From Eimeria praecox (Eukaryota), in assembly GCA_963920595.1 (NCBI GenBank), contig OY986948.1, forward strand, positions 2,170,001 through 2,234,000: 64,000 nt of DNA, written 5' to 3'. Both the position numbers and the translations under genes were made by a program. Positions 37,401-52,400 of the stretch are shown piece by piece. Below the pieces are notes generated by a model, which was not told where the DNA came from, made no database searches, and was given only the letters and a program-made list of their open reading frames with translations. The stretch's first letter is position 1; every line of letters starts with the position of its first letter.

Positions 37401-40400
37401 CCGTCAAGAACGTACCAACAGGATATTTCTTAGTCACATATCACGCACATCCTGCAACGAGAACAAGATTTTCCTTTACAAGCAAGCAAGGTGGACGGTT
37501 TGCTTTATCCTATGCTGCATTAGAACAAGCTGAATTTGAGCTGAAAACGCATTCTTCCAGCGGCCGCAAGCATATATATTGGAACAGCCCACCAAACCTA
37601 TCAAGGAAATGAGGTGCTTCTATCGCGCACTCCCTGCAACAACAGCAGCAGCCCCTTCAAAAAGCTGAAGTTGAAACCCCTTCACACGTGGGTGAAGTTA
37701 CAGAAGATGCCGCCGAAGAAAACAGTTTCTCGAAGTCGTTGTTAAACAAAATACGAAAAGGAATCGCTTCCGTGCTCCTGAGAAAAGGCATGCCCAGCAC
37801 GCACAACCTGAAAAGTTGCATACCAATGCACAGAATGTCCTTCACGCACCACACTCATGTAGTGGTCACGACACCACGCCCTCTACAGAGTATGCAACTG
37901 CCAATAACCCTACATAATATTCGCAACGGCATCGCAACGCACATCCTGCGCATTCACTCACGACGGCTTTCGTCATCAGGAGCCCTACAACCTGTTCAAC
38001 AGCACACCAAGGCAAATACAGAAGGTGTTAAATCAGATTCCTCACAAAATCTTGTGTATGCATTTCGTTACAAAGCTGGAATCTCGACCTTTATTGGCTT
38101 CTCAACAAGACGAGGGACGTACGGACTGTATTGCAGCCTGAACTGCCTATTATCCCATTTGGACTAACTCTTAACGCATCGTGACTCGGTGAAAGCGCAT
38201 CTGCCAAAGCGTCTGATCAATACAGCCCACAATACGCTAAAGCAAGGTATGAACCACAGGAAACCACAGCTCATGTGAGCGCAGGTTGGTGGCATCAAGA
38301 AGAGCTTCCATATCTGCCTGCAAGATTATTCTACTTTCCGACGCCGGTTTACCGACAATCTGCTGGACGTGATATGAAGACGCACACGCTGAAGTTAAAA
38401 CGGTCATTTCTCACAGTTTTCCACTGTGCAGAAGGTTGAATGAACAGGGCAATACGCCAGGTACTTGCCAGCCTCACCCTAACCAAGCAACTTACTTCCT
38501 GCAGGCGAACGAATGTGCTGCATACAAAAACTGGTTAGGCGGTCGGCACAATAACGGATGACCGGCTGCATATGCAAAGCAAGGCATCCTTCCTTTCACC
38601 TAAAGGAACCAAGCGACGAGAATAAAGGAATGAAATAGTGGAATATTCTCGGGCAACGCAGATAATAGGGCTGTGTACTCTTGAACCAACGGAGAGCGCA
38701 GCAAATAAGCCTGAAAGCAACTCGACTAAATATCACACCATATTTGTATCACTATTAATACACTTATGAAAATAAGTTGTATGTTCTAATATACAAAAAT
38801 CTATGTTGAAATATATATAGTCCATGCATATAAATGTAGTGTGTATTTGTACACAATTCTCCCCACTCAAAATTATGTTATTGAAAGTCAAATCAGTTCA
38901 GATACCAAAACGTAGAACTCTTTTTGGACAGAAAGCTGGCCTTTCGTCCCCAAAAATACAGAGGGCGCGATCCAAGCAAATGGCGAACCAGGGGCGGCTT
39001 GCAACTCACGCCCTGCAGCAAAAGTAATAGAGCTGTCTTACCACATATAATACCTTCCAATTCAGTCTCATTCACGTTTTTGAAGGTACGGGGGACCCTT
39101 CAAGTGTCGGCCTCCCCACCCGGATCCTTCATCGCCATCCCCCATACATCCTGTGCGTATGCCAAACTCGAATATTGGTTAGCTAGCGGATAAGCGCCCC
39201 GTGCCTCTACGCCAACAGCTGGTCCTAAAAGAGTTGCGTCCCCACTACACGCATTACAAGAGGCTAGCGTCTTGCCAGGGGATGAGCCCATCCTGATTTG
39301 CGCGACCTGGTCTTAGGGCTCACCGACTGCATGTTCAAGAACTACCTGCACGCAGTATTCCTCAGCGTAGGTCGTTCAAATCCATGTAACAAAACATTTC
39401 CCCGTCGTCTCCGCGCAAACCGCAGTAGGACGTACATGCTATTGGGCAAGACAGGGCAAGTCTGCAGAGTCGTTAGCTTCATACTGAGAGCGCAGGCTTG
39501 ACACGTCAAGGATAATCGGAGGCCAGTGAGCTGCTACAAGACGTACGAACTGCCCATTTCCATCAACAACACGCTCGCCAGTGGAGAGGTCTGCTTCTTG
39601 CCCTTCAGCAGTCATCAAGCAGTACCCCTTCTAGGCATTCGTGATTACTAATGCGGGCTAGTGTACCTACCACCTGGGAATTCGCAAAACCTCACCGGCG
39701 CCGACGCACACAGCCTATGGTTAAGTGTGCAAGTAGAAAAATGCACCGGGTGTCACAAACTGGGGTGTCATCGCGGGGAAGCAATAGGTGCCACCGTGCT
39801 CCCTGCCCTTTTAGCCGTTTCCAAAAGGCAACCCCGGTAGGCTTGGCCAAATAATCAGTGAAAATGTATCCGACCTAGAAACCAATGTCCAAACGGAAGT
39901 AGAGGCACATGTGGCCTCTACGGTTTCATTCTCGCGCAAGCATAAAATGGGTGCATTACGTTTCAATCCGCAACACAGCACAGCTCAGCGTCATGGAAGG
40001 AATTGCGATGCACCTGGAAGTTCTCAAGTATGCGACGCACTGGCTGTCAGTTTAATTCTTGTACAACTGGTTACTCAGCGTGCATCGAAATTTCCTAGCT
40101 TGCCAATGGGTGGCCCTGTGTCGTGCTCAAAGGTGATACCCCGGGCTTGCCGGACACCTTCCGCTGCATACACTAATCTAAATGATTCAATGGAGCTTTA
40201 CTATGTAGCGCCAGGATAATGGAACCGCGCCCACTACACTGAACACCTGTAAAGCATCCTTTTGTCATTTCCAGCCCCAGAAGAAGGCAACGACGTACAT
40301 ACTGCCGGACCGACCAGTTTGCAGAGAAGTCACACTTACAGCTCAATGGTAAAATGGCAATCATAAGGGCAACGAAATGCGCTGCTGCGCTTTTATGGAG

Positions 40401-43400
40401 GATGAATTTGGGACTAGCGAGTAACCTGTATTCAGCATGTAGGCCATCCCTCATCATTTGTCACGTCCGATTTCCCCGCTTGCAAGCACAACCTTCCCGA
40501 CTTCAAACGCACCATAGTATTCGACTGGGGAGAAGCTGGCAAGCTGCTCCTTTGTCAATGATGGATAACCAGCTCAGCCAGAAAGTGTGCTCCGCGTACT
40601 TGCTGCGAATGCGAGAACGAAAGAATAAGTTCATTAGCAATCAATGAAGGGGCAGACGTTCTGCTCAGAATACAATGTTTAACTAAATTTTCGAAGCAGC
40701 GATATACTCAACTAATTAGTGCAAATGCATTGTCTTGGATCTGCTGTTGTTGCATGGTGCGCTTCACTGACTGGCTGTTAATATTTATGACATCGATGAA
40801 CCCCCAGGGAATATATATGCTACTGCTGGCGAACAAAGTTCAGTGTATTTCTCACCATGCTACCGGATGCAGCTGAGAAGCATGAGCCCTGGGCAGAAGT
40901 GCATCTTCGACCCCTGTCTGGTCAACAGAGAGCGCTCAGCTCCGTACCGTCTGTAGCAGGAATCATGGTTTCCGAACAGGCTTCGCAAATCAGAGAACAT
41001 GCTGGGTGCAAGACTCTGCTTTTCGAAAATGCCCAGGCAAGTGCATGTCGAAAACAAATGAGTTGAAACTCAGGATGGGACAGTCCTTACTAACTGCACA
41101 GGAGCAGAGCGGCGAATGTGTCTTAGCTCAAACGGCTTCCAAGCCGCATGCCGCCTAGCTCCTCATGCATCCCCCCCTCCAGTTTTTATTTTCAATCAAA
41201 TCTCTGGGAAGGTTTGCCCAACTGAGTCCGAGGTGTATTCATTGTTTCTCCTTTGCTGATGCCACGCACTCCCTGACAGGACAGCACTTCTTCCACTAGC
41301 GGCATATGGCAACATGCAGATTCAGCCCTGGCGTACTGGAAGCACACAACGTTGCAAGTGCACACCAGGGGCTACAACACCTGATATCCGTTTGTGCAAC
41401 CACCAGTCTGGTGCTATACTTTCCAGTGTGCCTCCCATTTTCCCATTTTACACACTTCCTGCGGATGCACCAGTCCCCACACTATTTTGCTTCCAATGCA
41501 TCGTACAGCGAACAGGTCCTTGGATGCTCTAGTAGTACAGCACAACATACCACATATTTTCGTCTTATCACGGTCTTTTCTAAACACCTATGCAAGGATT
41601 GTGAATTCCAGATATTTACTACCTTCAAGTAAAAGCCCAGAGGATCCATGATTCACAAGCCCCCTGTAGTGCACAAGGTTGCACAAGGCTCCCACCTGGC
41701 AACACAACCCTTCTCCAACTGAGGCCATATGATTGCATGCAGATACAGTCCTAGGCGTACTCAAAGCATACAATGTTGAAAGCACACACACCAGGGGCTA
41801 CAATACCTGATATCCGGTCGTGCTGCCACCAGTCTAGTGCAATACTTTACAGCGCGCGTCGCGTACGTCGTTAGTTGCGCTGGGAAGTGGTGGACTGTCA
41901 CGTTTCGTACCTATAAAAAGAAATTAGCGTGTTCAAAAGTGCGAACCGTGACAGCCGACCAAGTCCCAGTGCCACTCAAGACGCACGAGTGTCTAGCAAA
42001 GAATATTTGCAGCAGTACGCTGACGCTGTTCTACGCTGGTTTCAGGTTCTCTCGCGTCATGTTGTGCCTATCAACTGCACAAGCAACTCACCGTCTATGA
42101 AAATCCCTCTGATGGTATATTCCCACTGCTTTGCGACCGGCAGCAAACGCACGGCCCTGAAACGGGAACACGCGGGCACTGTCATGGCTCGCGTTGCTGT
42201 AGGTCTGGTTACTGATCGAAAAGCCATGTTAGGCAGACAAGCATCCGTTAAGCTTGGCGAGAGGCTATTCCCACAAATATGGCTGTGCAGTCGCCTTGTA
42301 CGTTGGTAGCATTGAAGCTAGAGCCAGGGCTGTTGGCTCTTAGGCCTTATGTGCCTCTCGTTGGGGCAGCTCACTGTCTGCAAGATAAGTGGTCGGTGCC
42401 AGTGCCCCTACCTCCATATTTCGATGATGCAGCAATGCTGATAGTGCATATACAATACCCGCCGCATACCTTGAGGACACTAAGTTATATGCCTATAGGC
42501 TGGCTAACAATGAGAGTGGAAGTATCACCACGTGGCACACAACCCACTTCAACAAGCAGCCCCTAGGCTCGGCTGAGGCTCCAGGCAGATGCACGCACTG
42601 TCTGACTTGCAAAGGCCGTTAACTGCGTAGCAGCCCAGTGTAGCGGCACCGTACAAGATGGAAACGAGCAATCGGTGAATATTCCTTGTTCCTGATTCCC
42701 AGATAGTTGAGCATCTGTCTCACTTCACAATCGTTGCAGTAGGTATGCGGCAACTTCATCAATGCACCACTTTTGCATGTGCTGTGTCAAAGTCAGCTTC
42801 CGGGTTCTGCGAATATGCAAAACCGGCATTCGTATTCACCGCCCACTCACATACTGTAACGCCGCAACGCCACGTGGTTCAAGCCAACGCAATTGTTGCG
42901 CGAGTCCAAGTGCCTTTTTCCAATAGGTGCCCATCAGGTGTTTTTCGGATGTCACTGGTTGCGTGCCCCAAAACACCCCTGCACAAACGCAGTAGAGCAA
43001 TCGCCGCTGCCCTTCTGTCCCAAGTCCCTTTTATCCAAACGCACTGACTGTTGATGCATTCACTGGCAGAATCACACTGCTCTTCGCACCTGCACGGAGC
43101 GCTGGGTAACCATACTAACGGCCTATGCGTAATGCCATTTTGCTGGAATTAGCGTCAGCATCAAATCAGCCTAGTTAGCTACTTGGCTGATGCTAGTCAG
43201 AGACTCGACAGCTCATGGATTAGAGCACGATTTCATCTCCACGCCTAATCGCACGAGACTTACTCCCTTGGATTTAAATACCGCACAATCCAAAGACATT
43301 GCAAAACATCCGCCACTAAGCCGCTGTTCCTGGCCACACGGCTCTGTGGCATCTTAAACAACGAGTGTTGCCCGCATAATGATGTTTATATATTATCAGG

Positions 43401-46400
43401 GAAATGGCACGCACGTCCTGATGGTCCGATGTGCCCGGCAATCATACACTATTCCTCATGCGCAACACTGTGCAGGTAGTAAATGCTCCCAATAGTAAAT
43501 GCTCCCAATTACTGAGGTGGCTACATAACATTTCTGTGGCTTGCCCTTTTTTACGCTGTTAAATCCCTGGCTGGAACACACCATCTGAAGTTTCGCAAGG
43601 GTTCATCGAAACCATATCGGCTGTAGTCTGCAGGCTCTGCAAAACGATCGCTGAAGCACACCAGCGGCCTAGCTTTCGGAGCAAGGTTCTCTCCAACGCT
43701 ACCGAAAAGAAGCCCGGCGTGCCATGCTACGCTACGAAACCTCCCTTACAGAGCCACCGTCATCGATCCAGAGCATGCAGATTTGTACAGGTCGTTTGCG
43801 TCCAAAGGGACAGCAGTTGCTTGCTTACAAAGTAAACAGACCTCATTATTTTCCCGGCCACAAGGCACACGTGTTTGCTCATGGAAAAGAAACATTTAAC
43901 CTCTATCATCCACCAGTGGCGCACTCTCTGCATGTTCCACGTTTTCTCCACCAAAACCTCGCTGCCTCTTCCCTTCCGGTGGCATCACCCTGCTGTATAG
44001 ACTTTGCCCCTGTTTGCTGAGTGGCCGCAACACCATCACAATGCATTTCATCACGCACAGCCTATTACATCGAAGCAGGAGCAGCAAAGCATCTACCATC
44101 CATGCTAAACATGTCTTGTTCATCGGTTCGACTTCCATGCCAAAAGAAAACGGTGGGTACAAAGATATCTTCCGCACAGCAGCATGCCGCAAATCTCACA
44201 CGTTACTGCCCCACTAGCTACAAAAAATTCGCCGAATTGCCCATACCCGAGGTCAAATCAATCCGATCGTTTCACTGAAGGCCTGCGACGCACTTGCTGA
44301 AAAATCAAACGCATCAGCAAGTGCCAGCGACGGCAAATATAATGCCGGTGAGAATGGTGCAGCACCCTGTTTATCTGGGGGCCCAGCAGCTCTGCAAAAC
44401 GCACGATCTTCGCCGCATGCCAGTGAAGCCAATGTGCATCCCTGGCGTTCAGATTTTTGACCCTAGCGTATTTGCATTACTTAGTCCTGAGGAATATTGT
44501 CACGCACAGATTGCTCTGCCAGTGCGCAAGGCAGAGCTTCTCCGTTCAAATGTCACATACTTCGGCTATTTATGGAAAGGATATTGAAGTTGGGCGCTTA
44601 ATTAGTATGCATGTGCCCGCATCGAGTCAACGAGTGGGCACTCATCAAGACACTCGCTCTGGCTTCCACTGTGTCTGGGCCTACAGTCTACCGAGAAAGG
44701 AAGCCGTCGCAATCGGAAGGATGCCCGCTAAAACAAATCCCCAACCACTTTTCGATCACCAAGCTGGAGAGACAACCAAATGTATGGGACCAATCATAAA
44801 TCGATTTGCGCCGGTTCGCTAGAACTCTAGGGTGCTGGTCTAGTCAGCGCACCACCTGCATTGCAAGTATGCATGCCAGTCGTAAAATCCAATCGCCAGC
44901 AAAGGCTAAACCTAAACCCTTGCCCCTTTCCAAAGAAACATGGTGCCGCCAACATCGACAGAGTTTGTTCATCAGGCCAGCTACTAGAAAGCCACGCACG
45001 CCCTGGTAGTTCATTTGCTGCCTACCGACGACCTGCTCTGTCCAGCTCCAGGCATTCCACCACCGATGAACCTGCAATACGATCTCTCGGCATTCCGAGT
45101 GCATTGTCCTCCTCTGGGATCATGCGAAGCTGCGGACGAAACGCACTCCCTGCAGGTGCAAATCGTCAGTGCATCTGCATACGACTGAAGGTCTTAAGGC
45201 GAAAACGGCAAGAGATGCCTTTGTCAACCGCAAACGGCTTTCATAACATGTATAGCGTCACTAGACTTCCACCTACCCTACCCATGAACCGGTTTCCATT
45301 ATGTAGCAATGTCAAACAACCCACAACCTGGGGGCAACGAAGCACCGAGAGAAGCAACAGGTTACGCGTTAAGCACGCGGATTTAGTTCGCGCCAATACC
45401 CGAACCGACACAAAGGCATTTCAAACTGTTCGTACTGTCTGCAAACCAAGATACGCTCCCTAACTTTCCATCCTCATGCAGAGTGCGGTTCAATTAATGG
45501 AATTCTGGCAATGCGCTGTCAATCCCGCAGGTTCTATACTGGCCAGAGCGCTATACTGCTCCACCGGCTGCTATGCTATAGTCTAGTTCAAGAGAACGCA
45601 CAACCTTCAGTTTGACAAGGTGAACACTTCACTCACGTTTATGAAGATAGGTATGCCATGATGCACCTAGGACGAGTAGGTCCCACCTTCCATAGGAAAC
45701 AAGTGGTCAGCAGCGAGACAATTCTGTAGATTTCTGCATGTCCTATGCCCACGTGCACCATTAGGCATCTGTATTCAGGTATATATTACGCGTGTTCGTG
45801 TGTGTATGTGTGTGAGTGTGTGTGTGTATTCGTTTTACGTCCACCCGCATCACCGCCGTCCCGCGAATCTTCAAAAAAAATCCAAAAGATACAGAAATAA
45901 CCTTATTTTGAGCGATACAGACCCACTTCCGTTCCATCAGCCACAACACCAGCGAACCCAGCAACAGTCTTCTTAGTAGTACCAGATAACCCAATCAACG
46001 CTGATATGCCCTCTGCAACTGACTTGGAGAATGCGCTTCCTACTGGGTTGGCAGTATCCAGTATAGGCATGCTAAAACTGTACGATATTGTCAACGAACC
46101 ACAGGATCCAAAAAAAAGCAAACGGTATACGAAAAGAAGATGTGCCAAGGGTTGGAAGGTTTAGCACACGGCGCAGCAGCATCCTAGCGAGGGTCTCTTC
46201 CGTGTGGCTCTCGGGTGGCCTACTTGCTGGAGGTAAACATGCGCCCCATTCTTGGCACGCAGGAATACGATTCTACACTGACTTTGTCCTAAGCTGGGCG
46301 GCAGGGAACAGCAATGGAAACATGGGCATAGGCCACCAGAGACAGCAGCGTCCAGCACCACCAACGGGTCCGCATCGTGAAATTCAGAAGCACCCAGGTT

Positions 46401-49400
46401 GGAATCCTAAGGTTAGCTAGCTAGACACTGAAACTAGTATCAGGCTATCCAGGTTCTGCCTTAACGGCAATCTGACATACGACCTGACGATTGTGCTTGT
46501 CAAGTTTGTCTGGGCGTTGTAGACTGCCAACTTTCTCCTGAAATCACGTTAATCGCACATGAAGCGCTGTCCTAGAACCTCTATTCAAACTTTCGTCCCA
46601 CAAAACTCACGCTCTGTTCGACAAATAGATCACGAGGGACGCAGAAGAGAATCGCAGCTTCAGGTAAATTAAAGAGAAGCAAGACAGTCCTTACTGTAGC
46701 CATATGCCCCTTCACCTCCCTCCCCTAAGATTGGCTACGTACACACTGAAAGAACGAATTTCGCCAGCCGTCCATCCGCATATAATCGTACAGAGCCGGA
46801 TGAAAGTTTTTAATGATGGCATCTTACTGGCAGCTGCAACAAGAGTGAAGCACTTAATTAGCCATATCACACTCAAAACATAATTATGGCTGCCTGCGCA
46901 CTTTGCGTATGTACATCGCTCTCCTACTTGCACAAATGCTCATCATGCCTCTACCCACATTCTGCAACATTCCGGAGCATAATCCCTGTTACAGGAAGTG
47001 TTGCGCCGAGGATACGCTTTTTTGCAATGCCCGGCTGGCATTCTGAATCACTGCTTTGCAGGATGAGCGACCCTAAACGCTGGAGTTTGAATCACAGCTA
47101 ACCTCCGATTGAGCAACACACAGATGACAGCAACTAGCTCTTGCAAGGGCGTCCAGGTACCTCACCAATGCTCACCAATTTGCAATCCAAGGAACAAGTG
47201 GACCACCACGCAACGCAATCGCAGGATACACCGGGAAGTAGTACAGATGCTAGTGGGACCGTCTTTCCATGCAAACTGGGAGCCCCGTTGCTTTCCCAGC
47301 GCTAAACGTTCTGCAATAAACTGGTAACTCTGCGCCCCTGTATTCTGCCTCCTTCCAACGTACTTTCTAAGGCGCCACAGTCTCTCTCTACGTAGTCTGA
47401 AGTGTTACAGCGAATGCAACAGTGGACAAAATGCCAACCAACCGCTATCAGCGCAATGCAGCCTTCCGTTTCTTGCCTGGTGGGACGTATACGCAGATAT
47501 TACATATAATCAAGCAACATAAGTATCATCCGTGCACCCCATATGCAAGCCAACAAACAGCACTGAAGATACAAGCCTAACATGCGGAGGAATATAAAAG
47601 GGTGGTTCGCCTAAGAGCTGAAAAGGAATGAACGGCAGCACTGAGGCCTTTGTGGAAGGGATGACGAATTCTAAAGCAGCTTCCATCTAGCGACACTGTC
47701 ATTATTATTCACTTTAACAGAAGCTTCTGTCTATCTGCATCTGAGACGTACGCGCTAAAAGAACTCACCAACGAACCTTCCTTTTAACATCCACAAAGTG
47801 CTCCAAACACAGCGTATGACGCATTATGAATGCGGAGGTACACCATGATAAAACGTCCGAGCCTCTTGGCCTCTCCTTCATTAATGCCACCCAAATATGA
47901 GCAGGCTGACCTCTAAGATAGCTGGCTCAATATGTCCTGTACGTGTCTTAAATGGCGCTTGGGCAGCTGCTTGGTCCTTGCAGCATTCCTGTTGAATGCT
48001 ACCTCATGCACGAAGGATACGAGTTGAACAAAACAGCCCTACGATGCTGCTCCTTAGCAATTAGCCATTCGCCGTTGTATAGTGTAAATGGGGCACGCAG
48101 CATACATCCTGCATATTACAAGCGCACTGCTACGACTGAAGTCCTTAAACAACAAAGTTAAGGAACACTCCTAGATCTTCGGGATGCAAAGTATATTTCC
48201 ATTTCACTGACCAGACACACACCTCACTTCGCAAACACACACCGCAGCTGCCAGCCGGGAAGCCCGAATGCGAAGGAAGGGGTGTTGTGCAACGCACGAA
48301 CTGAACGGTAGTGCAAAACAAGCAATAAAGCCACACTAATCCACGACTGCACCTCCTGTGCAGACACTCGTAGCAGATACCTTTCCACAACTAGACAGAA
48401 TTTCCCCCATAATAATTCACATCAACAGGGAAAACGGCTCGGCCGTTGCCTACGGATCCTAAGCTTCGCTGGAATATCCTAAGTTTTGCTGGAATAGAAG
48501 GGGCTTGCGCAACGAACAAGCTGAATATTATCCCAAACAGCCCCACATTTTCCACAGGCATTTCCGGTTCAGCTCTAGTCTGTGGCTATGCCTTTGCCGA
48601 AGCCCACCTCTTTGCACCGCCTCAAGGCAGGACAAAAGAGTTGGCTGGCATGCCTCACGAGGTCTTATCTAAAATGCCTATCGTGATAGTCCAGCCTGAA
48701 CAAAGAATCGCGACATTTCCTCTGGCGCTACCTCCCGCGAAAAGGATTGATAGCACTGATCAAGCATCTCTATGCCTGCTTCAATTTGGCATCCACCTTT
48801 GGCAAAGCAAGCAACCGATACCAGAAACCAGTTCGCCTGATTGCTCAAGAACGCATCAGACGTTCTCCACAAACGTGCAAAAGATCTTATCAATGCTCGA
48901 CTCTACAGCAGCTGAACTTGGCAGATCCCCCACACGGCTCTGCATCTGGCCGCTCGACCACTCAAGCCGCCAGCACTCACATCCTACAAATTGTAAAGGC
49001 ATCAAGCATGTCTAGCCCATATTTACTCCAGCGCTCATCTTCCGCACTTTAATTGCACCACAGTCCGCAAGCATGCAAACCGCTGACATCCACGCCAGGC
49101 AGCAGTGCCACAACACCAAGCACCACGGACGACACCACAACTCTGCCTCTAACACGCACTCTCTACGCATCAAAAAGATGCCTTGCAGCCTCATTTAGGC
49201 TGCTATGCGCATCTCAGAACGCGGATATCGTTTATGCTCCTAGAATCTCCAACCTCGTTCAGCCTATCTTTGACAAAGTGTCATATTAACGTATGGCGCC
49301 ACTTTCCCCTATGCAGTACCTCCACAAGGAAAGCAACATCACAACTCCTCCTGGAGCTCCACCGCTGCCAACTCCACGACTCAGTCTCTACAACACGCAC

Positions 49401-52400
49401 TTGCTGCAAATTACAGAACGGTCGAGCAAAACTAGTAGGATACGTAAGAGAGGCTCAATACCGACTGCTTAGGCTGCCCAATAGAGCGCATCCTGAGCAC
49501 CCCACGCAGATGCACAACGCCTAACTCCCGTGTGTCATTAAACACAGACACAATATAACTTTGTAACTTCGCTCCGCCACTGGCCACTCCACTGCCTCCC
49601 ACACGCACTGGCTGCAAATCAGCAATTCTCCGCGAGCTTCTAGCTGGCCGAGTCCATGTACCACCCACCTTGCACAGACATTCAAGGGGAGACCGAACAC
49701 AAACTTCTGCCCACATTGCATTCCAAGCAATCGAGAAGCACGCAAAGAGTCGCAATGCAAACATCAGCAGACACCCAAACTCAAATCCACCACAAAACAC
49801 TCCACTGCTCCCGAGGCACGCCTCATCACTCCGGCCCTAAACGCACTCCCTATAAATTAGAAAACTCACCAAGCATGTCCAGTTGCTTGGTTTTGTCTTT
49901 CACTTTCCACACGCTTGCCAGTGGGCGCCCAATACCGCCATGCTATATTAGCATATACAGCACATCTCCCTACACCTAAGTGCGTTAAATCCTTCCCCAC
50001 ACCGCAGGGTCCATGGGGCTTTCCCTTAACTATGTGGCGTACAAGCTGTTCTCCTATAGCTCCAATCCATATTCCTCGATAGAACCCAGGCTTGATCTGC
50101 AAAGGCGCTTAATGCAACACCCAATGCTCCAAACCATCCATGCTGCTTCTAGCCTACACTGCTCAATTTCCAAACACCTCACATACCCACTGCATATCAA
50201 ACGTATGGAACCACTCTTAACTCTGGCCATGAAGGCGCTTCCTTCAAGTACAAAAAGCGTGGACCGCAGTACTTCAAACCATACTACTGCTCCTCCAGGA
50301 CACTACTGCCAACAGCAATACTGCCTTCCCTGTGAAGCACGGATATGTTGAGGTGCAATATGGAGGCCCCCGACTGGTCAGTGGGCTCTTTCATCTTCCG
50401 CCTGTCAACTGGAACCCACGGTCGCTCAAAATAACACTGGGAGGAACTCGTCCTACAATCCAGCCACGTACTGCCTGCAATTTGGGTAATTGACCTACCG
50501 CTGTGACACCGGCATTGATAGACGCGCCAAACGACAGAGATGCAGACAATACTACATTGTGCACGCGCCCTCGGCTCTAGGGACTTATGCTATAACTAGT
50601 TCCGCATCATGGAGCATCATGGAGGCCCTTGGCTAGTGGATGGACTCGACATCTTGCGCCTGTCTAGCGGAACCCATGGTTGCAAGGAATTCTAGTCCAA
50701 CAACCCTGCCACGCACTCCCTGGAGTTACGTCTCGTATATCGGCGCCATTGATGGACGCAGCCACCGACGCGATTGCATGGAATTCTGCCTTATTCGAAT
50801 GCTGGTTTTACATCCGCCGCTGGCGTATAACAACTGATGCACTATTAAGTTCCGTGTCACTGTGGGAGCTCCCCATCGAAGTAGCCTCCCTCCAATTTCG
50901 CAGCAACGCACCGGGTAAAGGCGCATTGTCACTCGTCAGACTTGCTCAGCGCCTATACACAAAGCGCGTATTGGTGATGAGGAGTCACTCAAGATGTATT
51001 ATGGCGAAATTCGTCTGTGCACGCGGGACTTGCAACTCGTCACGCAGCTTCCTGTTTCGGCCAGATATGTTGCGGTGGCAAGACGCAAGCGACCAATGTG
51101 CGCTACCTGTATTGGCCCTGCATGGCAACGTGCACGCCACTGCATGTTCCTGGAGCAAAATGTGAAGACGCCATCTGCTTCCACAATCCAAGAAAACGCA
51201 CCAAAGAAGGCACCAGGCTCTCCGCGTACTAGCCAAAATTGCAGCGATATGGGCTGCGCCCATCCTGCCAGGGAAGCTTAGCTTGATATATGGAATAACA
51301 CTACCACCATCGTGAGGCAGGCCGATAACGCAAGGACTGGCTCTAAAGGCAAAACAGCACCCACGAACCTTGCAGAGCATGTAAACAACGCACTGGAACC
51401 CCATAAATTCATCTAATTTAACTGGCACCAATTCAAAGCAGTGAGCATACTAAACCCTGCAAGTGACCCAACACGACATAACACACATCTCAGTCAAGCG
51501 CCACGTGACAAGGTGTGACAGTAAAATGGAAGCTGAGAGCAGCCCACTGCAGCCTGAGCGCATTTCTCCCCCCAGCCGCAACTGAGATGTTTACCGCTCC
51601 AAGCAATCTCTTCCTAATTAATATCATCAATGGCCAGTCCGTAAACTATCCTACTACACCAACTCTCGTCCGCCGCCTACCTGGACGCCATAGCCCACCA
51701 ACCAAAAGCTTAGCCTCTCGCATGCACACTCTGTATCGAGAGCATCGAGCATATCTAGCTGTCTACATTAGTCTAACTCCTAAACTCGATGGTTACATGA
51801 TGGGCTACATAGCATCTCTCTCCCACACACCCGAACAATCATGATGGGATTACTACTAGATGCCCAGCAGCTTCCAGATGCATCGATCATGCCTAGCGCT
51901 ACCATTCAGTCTCCCTCAAGAGCGACACTGACGGCCCCAACCTCCACGGTTGCCCACGACGACGCACCGTTTGCAATGTAAAGCGCCCTACTCACCTACC
52001 CTCATGCTCCCATGCAAGCAATCTAGTCGCAAGGGCAGCATCATCAAACACAATCAACTGCGCCAGTGGCCACTCCACAAATCAGTCATTGCGCCATTTC
52101 TACAGAATATCAACGCCGACAGCATCTCAAGCTACCCAATTTACTCCACCATCCACCGTCTTCACGATAATCAGCGCCCACGAGGCAGATACCTGCCGCA
52201 CACCTCAACGCACGTCACGTAAGCTGGCCGATTCACAGCTCAACCTCGCACACTCACATCCTACGCATTAGAAACACACGGAACATGTCAGTGTGCCTCA
52301 TTTACTTCAACGTTCCTAAAAGACAAAATAAATACCGTTCGCCGCAGGGCTGTCTGCCAAACCGTGCACACACCCCACGCAGATCCTGAATACCAAAAAC

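Noticed and set aside
45903..46148. Minus-strand ORF (MPILDTANPVGSAF...GVVADGTE) ending at a phase-0 GTGGGT donor, as a possible conventional longer exon
   Set aside because: No YAG acceptor in phase 0 was found and there is no recognisable homology. It is worth rechecking with cDNA because it lies in a cassette-poor gap.
46289..46375. Signal-peptide-like mini-ORF MRTRWWCWTLLSLVAYAHVSIAVPCRPA* on the minus strand
   Set aside because: It has no convincing donor before its stop, and micro-exon cassettes flank it on both sides (46224, 46481), so it is probably intronic chance.
44861..51431. Longest ORFs in the unique region (200, 189, 161 and 148 aa)
   Set aside because: They have no recognisable domains, their composition is typical of random ORFs, and they lie within or overlap the minus-strand cassette series.
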